From Candidatus Methanophagaceae archaeon (GTDB lineage Archaea > Halobacteriota > Syntropharchaeia > Alkanophagales > Methanospirareceae): 32,000 nt of DNA. A program made the translations under genes and the position numbers. The stretch spans positions 640,444 to 672,443 of the forward strand of contig PQXB01000001.1 of NCBI GenBank assembly GCA_003194425.1, given 5' to 3'. The number at the start of each line of letters is the position of its first letter. The first letter of the stretch is position 1. The notes under the pieces were generated by a model. That model was not told the origin of the DNA. It ran no database searches and worked only from the letters and a program-made list of their open reading frames with translations. Positions 24,133 through 31,963 of the stretch are shown one piece after another.

Positions 24133-26106
24133 TCAAAGGAAAGTTTGCAGCAAGCAGCCTGCGAGGACAATTTGGCGTTGCCTCTCGGTGAGTTCGCAGC
24201 CGACCTCGAACTCCAGCCCTCTCGTGCAGTCCCTCACACTCAGCTTCTCGTTCCTTGCTAACCGCTCTCTTACACTCGGAATCTCAAGTTCGTCCCCCTC
24301 GTGCAGTGCCTCGTAGTCGGCTGCCGAGCGGAAGGAGAGCGGTAGAATTCCGAAATTGACGAGGTTCGCAGCGTGAATTCGCTCGAACGACTTCGCAAGC
24401 ACCGCCTTCACACCCAAGAAAGCGGGGCACAACGCCGCGTGTTCTCTTGACGAGCCCTGACCGTAGCTCTCGCCTGCTACGATGAAGTTGTGCTTCCCTG
24501 CGTTCTTGTTGCCGAGTGCGCGTTTGTAGAAGTCGCTGTCCAGCGGTTCAAAGACGAACTCGGCGTATTTCGGGATGTTTGACCTGTATTTCATTCTGCT
24601 GCCCGCGGGCATAATGTGGTCGGTCGTGATTTTGTCGCCGACCTTGATTGCGACCGCTCCAGAGAGGGTCTCGGGCAGCGGCGAAGTCGTGGGTGGCTCG
24701 CCGATGTTCGGTCCTCTGTAAATCTGAACAGCGTTGGAAATGCTGGTGTTGGAAGGCTGCAGAATCAGGCTGTCGTCGGTGTAAAATCTCTCGGGCATCT
24801 TTACCTGCGGGCACTCAATTCCCAAGTCCAAACTTCGCGGGTCGGTAATTTTCCCGACGACGGCTGTCGCCGCAGCGGTCTCCGGGCTGACCAAGAAGAC
24901 CTTCGCGGTCTTTGTCCCAGACCGCCCCTCAAAGTTCCGGTTGCTCGTCCGCACCGAGACCGCGTCCGTTGCGGGTGCGTAGCAGTTCCCGATGCAGAAC
25001 CCGCAAGAGCACTCTGCGAGCCTCGCGCCCGCGGAGACGAGGTCTGCCAACGCCCCGTTCCGGCAAATTTCCGCAAGCACCTGCCTTGACCCCGGAGCGA
25101 CCACAAGTTCCACTTCAGGACTCACTTTCCGCCCCCGCAAAATCCGTGCAACGGTCGTCAGGTCTTTGTAGGACGAGTTGGTGCAACTCCCGATGCAGAC
25201 CTGACTTACTTCAACCCCCTCCGCCTCCAACTCCCGCACTGTTTTGACATTTCCGGGGCTGTGCGGGCACGCAGCGAGCGGAACAACCTCGCTCAAGTCA
25301 ATTTCGACCACCGCCTCGTACTCGGATTCGGCGCCCTCGTCCGCCCTCAGCTCAACCCAGTCCGCCGCCCGACCTTGAGCGGTCAGGAACTCCAGCGTCC
25401 TCTCGTCGCTTGGAAAGACCGAGGTAGTAACGCCGCACTCCGCACCCATATTTGCGACCGTCGCACGCTCGGGGACTGAGAGCGTCTTCACTCCCTCACC
25501 ACCGTACTCAAAGACGCAGCCTACGTTCCCCTTCGTCCCGAACCGCTCGAGAACCGTCAGTGCAACGTCCTTCGCAGTCGCCCAAGCCCGCAACGCCCCG
25601 CTCAACTCCACCCGCACCACTCTCGGGCACGCGAGGTAGAACGGACCGCCAGCCAACGCAACTGCAACGTCCAGCCCACCCGCACCGACCGCGAACATTC
25701 CCAGCCCCCCGCAAGTCGGCGTGTGGCTGTCCGAACCCAGCAGTGTCTTCCCTGGCTTCCCGAACCGCTCGAGGTGGACTTGGTGGCAAATCCCGTTCCC
25801 TGCCTTCGAGAAGAGCAGCCCGTACTTCGCCGCAACGCTCCGCAAGTAGCGGTGGTCGTCCGCGTTCTCGAACCCCGCCTGCACGGTGTTGTGGTCAACG
25901 TAACTCACCGAGAGCTCGGTCTTCACACGCTCAAGTTCAACGCCCAACGCCACCAAAGCCTCGAACTGCAAGTAAGCCAGCGTCCCTGTTGCGTCCTGCG
26001 TCAAGGTCTGGTCGATTTTAATCGCAACCTCCTCTCTCGGCTCCAGTCCTGACCCGCCCTCTACTAAATGCCCCTCCAAAATCTTCCGCGTTATGCTTTT
26101 TCGCAT
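24133..26106 (-). CDS. Aconitate hydratase, short fused type of about 650 aa (Aquifex/archaeal-type putative aconitase)
   Basis: Aconitase-family motifs GSDSHT, IGSCTNSS and the swivel-domain GESYGQGSSREHAA occur in one polypeptide. No repeat insert. Confidence 0.85.
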   Translation of the reverse strand: MRKSITRKILEGHLVEGGSGLEPREEVAIKIDQTLTQDATGTLAYLQFEALVALGVELERVKTELSVSYVDHNTVQAGFENADDHRYLRSVAAKYGLLFSKAGNGICHQVHLERFGKPGKTLLGSDSHTPTCGGLGMFAVGAGGLDVAVALAGGPFYLACPRVVRVELSGALRAWATAKDVALTVLERFGTKGNVGCVFEYGGEGVKTLSVPERATVANMGAECGVTTSVFPSDERTLEFLTAQGRAADWVELRADEGAESEYEAVVEIDLSEVVPLAACPHSPGNVKTVRELEAEGVEVSQVCIGSCTNSSYKDLTTVARILRGRKVSPEVELVVAPGSRQVLAEICRNGALADLVSAGARLAECSCGFCIGNCYAPATDAVSVRTSNRNFEGRSGTKTAKVFLVSPETAAATAVVGKITDPRSLDLGIECPQVKMPERFYTDDSLILQPSNTSISNAVQIYRGPNIGEPPTTSPLPETLSGAVAIKVGDKITTDHIMPAGSRMKYRSNIPKYAEFVFEPLDSDFYKRALGNKNAGKHNFIVAGESYGQGSSREHAALCPAFLGVKAVLAKSFERIHAANLVNFGILPLSFRSAADYEALHEGDELEIPSVRERLARNEKLSVRDCTRGLEFEVGCELTERQRQIVLAGCLLQTFL

Positions 26107-26333
26107 TGCAACTATAATGTTGGTAACGCTATTTTTTTAACAATCCTCGTTATTTCGCCAGCTCAAAGAGAATCTCCCGCTGCCGCTTGTGATTTCAAAC
26201 TGACTGGGGTGAGTGCTTGTTAGAGATTTGCACGCCCTTGGCACGCCCTTGGAACAATTTTAACTCCGACGGCTTTACCAACGCCTCCGTAAAGAACTTC
26301 TCGCCCCTCCTCAGTTCTCTAACCCAACCAATC

Positions 26334-26378
26334 GAGCCCTTAATCTCCGAGCCCTTAATCTCCAAGCCCTTAATCTCT
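26334..26378 (-). repeat. 3 x 15-bp tandem repeat spanning the archaeosortase stop codon
   Basis: Plus strand reads gagcccttaatctcc x2 then aagcccttaatctct. On the gene strand each unit carries an in-frame TAA. Confidence 0.95.
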
Positions 26379-27296
26379 CCGCAGCCCGCAGCCGAGGCAC
26401 CTGCTGCAGACCGCGAGCAGAAGAAGAGCGACCGCGAAGAGCAGCAGGCTGGAGTAGTCGTGAAAGTACTGCATTGCCACTTCGCCGCCGTAGCGGTCCG
26501 CGATGAGAAGCAGTGCGACGAGCCGCGTAACATTTGCAAAGAGTGCGATCGGGAACGCTGCGGAGAAGAGAACCGCCTTTCTGTAAAAACTTGGCGGGCG
26601 GCATTTGAGGAGGTAAGCGAGGACTGCCGCCACAGCCAAGAGCGAAATGAGCGTGTGCATTCCGCTGCACGGCACACCGATTACAAAAACCTCCCCGCTG
26701 CCGAGTTGGATTTCCGCTCCTACTGTTTTGATTGGGACGCCCAGCGCTCCGAGAGCCAGCGAAGTGTAGCGGGCTGAGAAGGACTGGAGAAGGGTAGTAA
26801 CGCGGGGCAGGAAAGGTAGCGGAATTCCAAAGACGAGGAAGCAGACTGGGAAGAGGAGTGTCCGCATCGCCGCCGCTCCGCAGAAGTAGAGAACCAAGCC
26901 ACTTAAGACGAGCAGGAACGAGAGCGCCAAGCCAAACTGCGCCCTCCAGAAGAAGCAGACCGCGTAAACGAGCAAGCCCGCTGCGAGCACGAGCAGCCCG
27001 CCTCCTCCTCTTCCTCCTCCTCTTCCTCCTCCTCTTCCTCCTCTTCCTCCTCCTCCCTCGCCCGCTGTCCTAACCTTGAAGAGTTCGTCTCTCTTCGTCC
27101 AAGCGACGAACCCGGAGATTAGCGGGACAAGAAAACCGTGCGAGTACGCAGGGTCGCCCAGCCAAGCACCTGCCAGCCAAACGAAAGTGCGGTAGTAAAG
27201 AAGGAGAAGCAAAAGGAGGAGAAGCAAAATAAACAAAAGACTAACAACTAACACCGCACTTATGCAAGCCGATTTTGTCTCCCTCTTGGCTGACAT
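26370..27296 (-). CDS. Exosortase/archaeosortase-family (EpsH-type) transpeptidase
   Basis: It is polytopic, with the N-terminal YSHGFLVPL motif, the catalytic-type Cys in GVPCSGMHT, Arg in FANVTRL and a C-terminal His (FHDYSS). It has a poly-Leu stretch and a (G3-4R)n insert. Confidence 0.75.
   Translation of the reverse strand: MSAKRETKSACISAVLVVSLLFILLLLLLLLLLYYRTFVWLAGAWLGDPAYSHGFLVPLISGFVAWTKRDELFKVRTAGEGGGGRGGRGGGRGGGRGGGGLLVLAAGLLVYAVCFFWRAQFGLALSFLLVLSGLVLYFCGAAAMRTLLFPVCFLVFGIPLPFLPRVTTLLQSFSARYTSLALGALGVPIKTVGAEIQLGSGEVFVIGVPCSGMHTLISLLAVAAVLAYLLKCRPPSFYRKAVLFSAAFPIALFANVTRLVALLLIADRYGGEVAMQYFHDYSSLLLFAVALLLLAVCSRCLGCGLRRD
27001..27057 (-). repeat. About 4.5 x 12-bp repeat encoding GGGGRGGRGGGRGGGRGGGG in the archaeosortase
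   Basis: Plus strand reads cctcctcctctt x3, cctcctctt, cctcctcctccctcg. Confidence 0.9.
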
Positions 27297-27301
27297 CTTT
27301 C

Positions 27302-28210
27302 CTACCGCACGATTTTTGTTATGTTTATTTCGACAATGTCCTCCGCACCCCTGCTCTTCAACTTCGGAATCAAAATATTCACCTCCCCCTTGCTCACCAC
27401 CGTCTCCACCGCGTAGTAGTTCTGCTCCTGCCCCTGCTCGTAAAGTTTGGAGACGGTCGGCTTCTTCATCGCCGGCAGCACCGAGACCACCTCTCTCAAC
27501 CGCCCCTCCGCGACATTCATCGTGAGCAACACCTTTCCCCGCGCTTCTACAACGCCAGAGAGCAGTGTCCGAATCTCCTCAATCTCCCGCCTCTTCTCTG
27601 CGTCGCCGTGCCACGAATTCTTGTTCGCGATTAATTTCGTGGACGACTCCAGAATCGTCTCAATTATCCGCCAGTTGTTCTTCTGCAGCGTCTCGCCTGT
27701 CTCGGTCAGCTCGACAATTCCGTCCATCATATCTTTCGCCTCGGTAGCGCCGTAGGAGAAAAATATCTGCACAGGAATTCCGAGTTGATCGAAGAAGGAT
27801 TTTGTGAGGTTCGGGTACTCGGTGCTGATTTTGCTCTGTGGCGGTAGGTCTTTTGCGGATTTTATCTCTTTACCTCCTCGGTCGTCGGCTCGGTCTTCCT
27901 GCACCGCGAGGACGATTTTCACGCTGCCTTCTTTCTCCGCGATTTTGCTGTAACTCAGGTCTGCCACCTCAACCACCTCCGCTCCCCGCTCCTCTACCCA
28001 GTCCTTACCAGTTATCCCAAGATCAAAATACCCCTGCTCAACGAACTCTGGAATCTCCTGCGGTCGCAAAATCTTCACCTTCCCCACCCGAGGGTCGTCA
28101 ATTCTCGGGCTGTACTCACGGCTTGTTACTTTTACTTCCAAGTCCGCCTGCTTGAGCAAGCGCAGGGTCTGGGCTTCTAAACTGCCTTTCGGAATTGCTA
28201 CGCTTAACAT
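27302..28210 (-). CDS. hisG: ATP phosphoribosyltransferase (long form with C-terminal regulatory domain)
   Basis: The N-terminus LSVAIPKGSLEAQTLRLLKQADL and a length of 302 aa fit; collinear HisG-like blocks are present. Confidence 0.88.
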   Translation of the reverse strand: MLSVAIPKGSLEAQTLRLLKQADLEVKVTSREYSPRIDDPRVGKVKILRPQEIPEFVEQGYFDLGITGKDWVEERGAEVVEVADLSYSKIAEKEGSVKIVLAVQEDRADDRGGKEIKSAKDLPPQSKISTEYPNLTKSFFDQLGIPVQIFFSYGATEAKDMMDGIVELTETGETLQKNNWRIIETILESSTKLIANKNSWHGDAEKRREIEEIRTLLSGVVEARGKVLLTMNVAEGRLREVVSVLPAMKKPTVSKLYEQGQEQNYYAVETVVSKGEVNILIPKLKSRGAEDIVEINITKIVR

Positions 28211-28244
28211 TTTTGCACCTCTTTCTAATTTCCAATTTACAAAA

Positions 28245-29615
28245 GTGAACGAGAAGACTAAAAGGTTTGTGCGGCGGAAATTTGGCGAGTACTACGAGAG
28301 AGCAGGGGTAAGAGGAAAGGAGAAGGAAAAGGACAAGGAGAAGGAAAAGGACAAGGTCAAGGTCCCGAGGGATTTCTGGAGGAGGGAGTGGGGCTTTGTT
28401 CTTTTTGACTCGCATTTTCCTGCGAGGCTCGTGATGAGGCGGCACAAAGCCTTCGCCACCCGCGAGGAGTTGGCGAACTACCTCAGGCGGAACGCCCCTG
28501 CCCACGCCTACTACTCGACCGCACTCTACAAAAATCCCGCAGCGGCGAAAATGTCGGACAAAGGCTGGCTTGGGGCGGACTTGATTTTTGACCTTGACGC
28601 CGACCACCTCGTGAGCGAGGCAGAGCTTCCGAAATTCTCTTACGAGGACTTGCTGAGGCTCGTGAAGAGAGAGACAGAGAAACTGCTTGATTTTTTGGTC
28701 AGCGATTTTGGATTTCGCGAGGAGGAGGTAGAACTGGTCTTTTCAGGCTCACGGGGCTACCACCTGCACGTCAGGTCCGACGAGGTGCGGGGGCTTGGGA
28801 GCCGTGAGCGGCGGGAGATCGTGGATTATGTGGGGGCGACTGGGCTGGAGATTGACAGATTTCTGGAGAATCGGACGGTTAGTGGCGGAGAATTTAGAAG
28901 TGGTGAAGAGCTCAGGAGGTGCCGCTACTGCAACAAAATCACGAGGAGGCTTGCGTGCCCCGTTTGCGGAAGGGAGACCGCGATTTTAACTTCGAAAGGA
29001 AGAGGGAGAGGAGGCAGTCTGAGAATCTCAAACCTTGACGGGTGGGGCAAGCGGCTTCTCAGAGGCTTGACTGAGTTTCTTCACGAAATCGCGGGGCAGG
29101 GGGAAGAGGAGAGTCTGAAGGAGCTAAAAAGCGTACTTGGGGTCGGGGAGGGAGACGGGGTTGGAGAGGGAGAAAAGCGGGTGAGGGAAATGTTGAAAAT
29201 CGCGAAGGACGAGGCAGCGGTTGAAAGAATTGGCAGGGGGCTGCTTGACCAAATTCCAGGATTTTCCAAGTCTGTTTGGCGAGAGATTCTGTCTAAAGTA
29301 GCGGTGCGTTTGGAGAAGAGCGAATCCGACGCTCCTGTTACCGCGGACACGAAGCGGCTAATTCGACTGCCCGGCTCGCTGCACGGGAAATCGAGTTTGG
29401 TAGTGGAGCCGCTGGGAATTGCGGAACTCAAGGATTTTGAGCCTTTGGAGGACGCGGTTGCGTTCGGGGGTTCGCCGGTTGAGGTGAGGGCTCTTCGCAA
29501 GGCGGCGGTAAAAATGAAGGGGGAGCGGTACGAAGTGAAGGAGGGCGAGGTTGCGGTGGTGCCTGAGTGTGCGGCACTTTATTTTTTCTGCAGAGGTGCT
29601 GCGGAAATTCTTTAA
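28245..29615 (+). CDS. priS: DNA primase small (catalytic) subunit PriS
   Basis: Catalytic motifs LIFDLDADH and SGSRGYHLHV are present, plus a Zn knuckle CRYC...CPVC. The start is uncertain. Track ORF 28152 would overlap the hisG start; in-frame GTG 28245 or GTG 28269 are more likely. Confidence 0.85.
   Translation: MNEKTKRFVRRKFGEYYERAGVRGKEKEKDKEKEKDKVKVPRDFWRREWGFVLFDSHFPARLVMRRHKAFATREELANYLRRNAPAHAYYSTALYKNPAAAKMSDKGWLGADLIFDLDADHLVSEAELPKFSYEDLLRLVKRETEKLLDFLVSDFGFREEEVELVFSGSRGYHLHVRSDEVRGLGSRERREIVDYVGATGLEIDRFLENRTVSGGEFRSGEELRRCRYCNKITRRLACPVCGRETAILTSKGRGRGGSLRISNLDGWGKRLLRGLTEFLHEIAGQGEEESLKELKSVLGVGEGDGVGEGEKRVREMLKIAKDEAAVERIGRGLLDQIPGFSKSVWREILSKVAVRLEKSESDAPVTADTKRLIRLPGSLHGKSSLVVEPLGIAELKDFEPLEDAVAFGGSPVEVRALRKAAVKMKGERYEVKEGEVAVVPECAALYFFCRGAAEIL
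28317..28364 (+). repeat. 2 x 18-bp plus 2 x 6-bp repeat encoding KEKEKDKEKEKDKVKV in PriS
   Basis: aaggagaaggaaaaggac x2, then aaggtc x2. Confidence 0.95.
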
Positions 29616-29657
29616 AATTATTTCTTTTGTAAGGTTTACTTTTGTAAAGAAAAGTTT

Positions 29658-30413
29658 ATGGACACCGAGCGGCTCTGGGAGATTTTGTACAAGGAGAGGA
29701 ACACGGCGACACTGCAGGAATTGCCACGAAACTTCTGCGCGGAAGTGCGTGAATATTTAAAGAGGTTGGAAGAGGAACGAAGGGAAGCAGAGCGAGGGGA
29801 AACAGAGCGAGGGGAAGCAGAGCGAGAGAACGCGGACGAAAGGCGGCGAGGGCTCGTGGAAGACGAGCTGAGGAATGCTAGGATGAAAGTGGAGGACATA
29901 ATTCGGAGACGCGTAGGAAAAATAGTGAAGCTCGCTAGTTCGGGCGTGAGCGTTAGGACGCCGTCTAAAGGAATGTTAGAGGAAGAGAGAGCGATTTTTG
30001 AGGGGGTGAAGAGCCACGTAGAAGCGGGCAGAGAGCGGATTTTTGCGTTAATTTCGGGCGCTGGGGGAGGGGAAGAGGAGGTAAAAAGAGGCGGAAAAAA
30101 GAGAGAAGCGGCAGAAGTAGCAAGTCCTGAAGTAGCAAGCCCTGACCCTCCCACAAGAGACAAAAAAGGGAAAAAAGACGAAGAAGAGAGTGAAGAAGAG
30201 AGTAAGGAAGAGTTTCAGGTAGTTCGAGCGTTAGAAGACCTGCCCACTTTTATGGGCATTGACGGCAGGATTTATAAAGTGAAAAAAGAAGATGTTCTTA
30301 CGCTGCCCAAGACCAACGCTGAAATATTGTGCAACCGCGGAGTCGCAGTGCGGTTGAGAGGAAGGGGGAGGGTAGAAAGAAAAGGAGAAACAGAAACAAA
30401 AACAGAAAAATGA
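29658..30413 (+). CDS. GINS complex subunit, Gins51 (Gins15) type
   Basis: The N-terminal A-domain pattern is LWEILYKER...[19 protein letters not shown]. The C-terminal B-domain is [37 protein letters not shown]. The position directly after priS is a known conserved linkage. It carries three repeat inserts. Confidence 0.7.
   Translation: MDTERLWEILYKERNTATLQELPRNFCAEVREYLKRLEEERREAERGETERGEAERENADERRRGLVEDELRNARMKVEDIIRRRVGKIVKLASSGVSVRTPSKGMLEEERAIFEGVKSHVEAGRERIFALISGAGGGEEEVKRGGKKREAAEVASPEVASPDPPTRDKKGKKDEEESEEESKEEFQVVRALEDLPTFMGIDGRIYKVKKEDVLTLPKTNAEILCNRGVAVRLRGRGRVERKGETETKTEK
29784..29828 (+). repeat. 3 x 15-bp repeat encoding (E-A/T-E-R-G/E)3 in GINS
   Basis: gaagcagagcgaggg gaaacagagcgaggg gaagcagagcgagag. 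Further repeats occur at 30114-30143 (2 x 15 bp, EVASP) and 30180-30203 (2 x 12 bp, EEES). Confidence 0.95.
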
Positions 30414-30688
30414 AAATGCCGAAACGACAGAGGGTGCACTGCCCGTTCTGTGGCAGGCACACCGTGCACGAGGTAGAAAAGGTAAAGAAGGGACGACCGT
30501 CTTCGCTGACCTGGATTGTGGGGCAGAAGAAGCGCAGGTCAGGGCTTGGCAACGCAGGGAAGTTCTCGAAGGTTCCCGGCGGCGACAAGCCGACAAAAAA
30601 GGTCTTTCTCAGGTACAAATGCACCGAATGCAAGAAGTCGCACCAACGAGCAGGCTTTAGAGTCTCCAAACTTGAACTCGTGGAGTGA
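30410..30688 (+). CDS. rpl44e: Ribosomal protein L44e (eL42)
   Basis: Sequence [22 protein letters not shown]...YKCTECKK is a zinc-ribbon r-protein. The ATG overlaps the GINS TGA (ATGA). The longer track ORF 30329 is rejected. Confidence 0.9.
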   Translation: MKMPKRQRVHCPFCGRHTVHEVEKVKKGRPSSLTWIVGQKKRRSGLGNAGKFSKVPGGDKPTKKVFLRYKCTECKKSHQRAGFRVSKLELVE

Positions 30689-30702
30689 GGTGAAAACGGA
30701 AA

Positions 30703-30888
30703 ATGAAAAAAGAGAGAAAAACGAGGAGTAAATTCTTGGTTGTAAAATGTAGCGACTGCGAGAACGAGCAGGTTGTCTTTGACCACGCCTCAACGCTTGT
30801 GAAGTGCAATGTCTGCGGTAGGACTTTGGTTGAGCCGCGAGGCGGGAAAGCAGAGACAACGGGCAGGGTAATTAAGGTGCTTGAGTGA
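30703..30888 (+). CDS. rps27e: Ribosomal protein S27e (eS27)
   Basis: FLVVKCSDCENEQVVFDHASTLVKCNVCG is a C4 zinc ribbon; 61 aa. Confidence 0.9.
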   Translation: MKKERKTRSKFLVVKCSDCENEQVVFDHASTLVKCNVCGRTLVEPRGGKAETTGRVIKVLE

Positions 30889-30909
30889 GACAACCTTCAG
30901 GCAGTTATG

Positions 30910-31044
30910 TCAGCCTGCTTTAACCTCAACCTTTAACGCCTCACTGTAGCCTGCAATTGCTTCTCTGACGTTTCTTACCGCCTCTTCCCAGGTCTCCCCT
31001 GAGAGGCGCCCATTTGCTCTTCTCCTTTTTACAAAAACATTTCG
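30910..31044 (-). pseudogene. Truncated HicB/UPF0150-like antitoxin remnant (C-terminal half only, no start codon)
   Basis: The minus-strand frame reads RNVFVKRRRANGRLSGETWEEAVRNVREAIAGYSEALKVEVKAG then stop. GET-x-EEA-xxN-xx-EAI is the HicB N-domain signature (E. coli HicB has QGETVAEAMEAAKDAL). It is bounded upstream by a TAA with no ATG/GTG/TTG. This explains a GC-rich island in an AT-rich spacer. Confidence 0.4.
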
Positions 31045-31141
31045 TTAAGAAAGCGTTAAGAAAGAAAACTTTACCAAAGAAAAAAATAGAAATAGAAACA
31101 GTTTTTCAAAAAATTTAAAGAGAGAAAGATAAGAGAAAAAG

Positions 31142-31936
31142 ATGAGAGAGGAGTGGCCGGAGAGGGGGGAGTTGGTAGTTTGCACGGCGGAAGCGCTTAG
31201 GCCGTTTGGGGTCTTCGTTAGGCTTGAGGAGTACGAGGGGAAAGAGGGGTTGATTCACATTTCTGAGGTTACCACGGGCTGGGTGAGGCATTTGCGGGAC
31301 TACGTGCGGGAGGGGCAGAAGGTGGTCTGCAAGGTGCTGCAGGTGGACGCGCAGCGGGGGCACATTGACCTCTCGCTAAAGAAGGTGAAAGAGGGGCAGA
31401 AAAAGGAGCGGATAACAGAATGGAAGCAGGACAAGAAAGCCGAGAAGTGGCTCTCGCTCGCTCTTTCTGACACGGCACCCAGCAGCACAGAAGAGTTCAA
31501 GAGGATCGAGGCGAAGTTGTCGGAGGCTTACGGGAGTTTGTACAACGCGTTTGAGGAGGTTGTAAAGACTGGCAAAGAAGCACTGACCTGTCTTGGCGTA
31601 GCGGAGGAGTACGCAGAGGCGGTTCACGAGGTTGCGGTCGCAAATATGAAACTGCCTTCGGTGCAGATTCTCGGGTTTTTGGAACTGACCTGTCCTCTGC
31701 CCGACGGTGTAGAGAAGATAAAAGAAGCGTTGAGGGCTGCAGAGGCAGTAAAGGGGGCAAAGAAAGAGGCTGAGTTGGAGTGTCTCTACCTTGGGGCGCC
31801 GAAGTACAAAATGCGTGTCGTCGCGTCAGACTACAAGACCGCGGAAAGCGTTTTAAGTGCCGCGTCGGAGGCTGCTCTTGAAGTGATTAAGAAAAATAGC
31901 GGCTGGGGGCGGTTCTACCGCAAAACTTTTTCTTAA
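31142..31936 (+). CDS. eif2a: Translation initiation factor 2 subunit alpha (aIF2-alpha)
   Basis: The N-terminal S1 domain is GELVVCTAEALRPFGVFVRLEEYEGKEGLIHISEV, followed by helical and alpha-beta domains. It sits downstream of L44e/S27e. Confidence 0.9.
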   Translation: MREEWPERGELVVCTAEALRPFGVFVRLEEYEGKEGLIHISEVTTGWVRHLRDYVREGQKVVCKVLQVDAQRGHIDLSLKKVKEGQKKERITEWKQDKKAEKWLSLALSDTAPSSTEEFKRIEAKLSEAYGSLYNAFEEVVKTGKEALTCLGVAEEYAEAVHEVAVANMKLPSVQILGFLELTCPLPDGVEKIKEALRAAEAVKGAKKEAELECLYLGAPKYKMRVVASDYKTAESVLSAASEAALEVIKKNSGWGRFYRKTFS

Positions 31937-31963
31937 AAAGAAAAACTTTACTAAAAGAAATTG
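31922..31963 (+). terminator. 42-nt stop-associated module, copy 2
   Basis: aaaactttttctt-aaa-aagaaaaactttactaaaagaaatt spans the eIF2a TAA. It is identical to 4051-4092 except for the 3-nt loop (aaa versus ttt). A further hairpin ctttct-ttttg-agaaag lies at 31978-31994. Confidence 0.45.

Noticed and set aside
26107-26333. Box C/D sRNA in the archaeosortase-aconitase spacer
   Set aside because: There is no RUGAUGA C box on either strand. The only CUGA lies 7 nt from a weak gtgattt, which is too close for a guide region.
26195-26677. A 160-aa minus-strand ORF overlapping the archaeosortase 3' half and the downstream spacer
   Set aside because: It is out of frame with a well-supported membrane protein. 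Its spacer-encoded tail has no start codon of its own and no recognisable motif.
246-30203. Possibility that the short direct repeats are CRISPR arrays
   Set aside because: The units are 9-27 bp and directly contiguous with no spacers. Most lie in frame inside conserved genes, and no cas genes are present.
30329-30409. Longer L44e ORF starting at 30329
   Set aside because: The extension overlaps the GINS C-terminus in another frame and is Lys/Arg low complexity. The conserved L44e N-terminus begins at MKMPKR (ATG 30410), overlapping the GINS stop.
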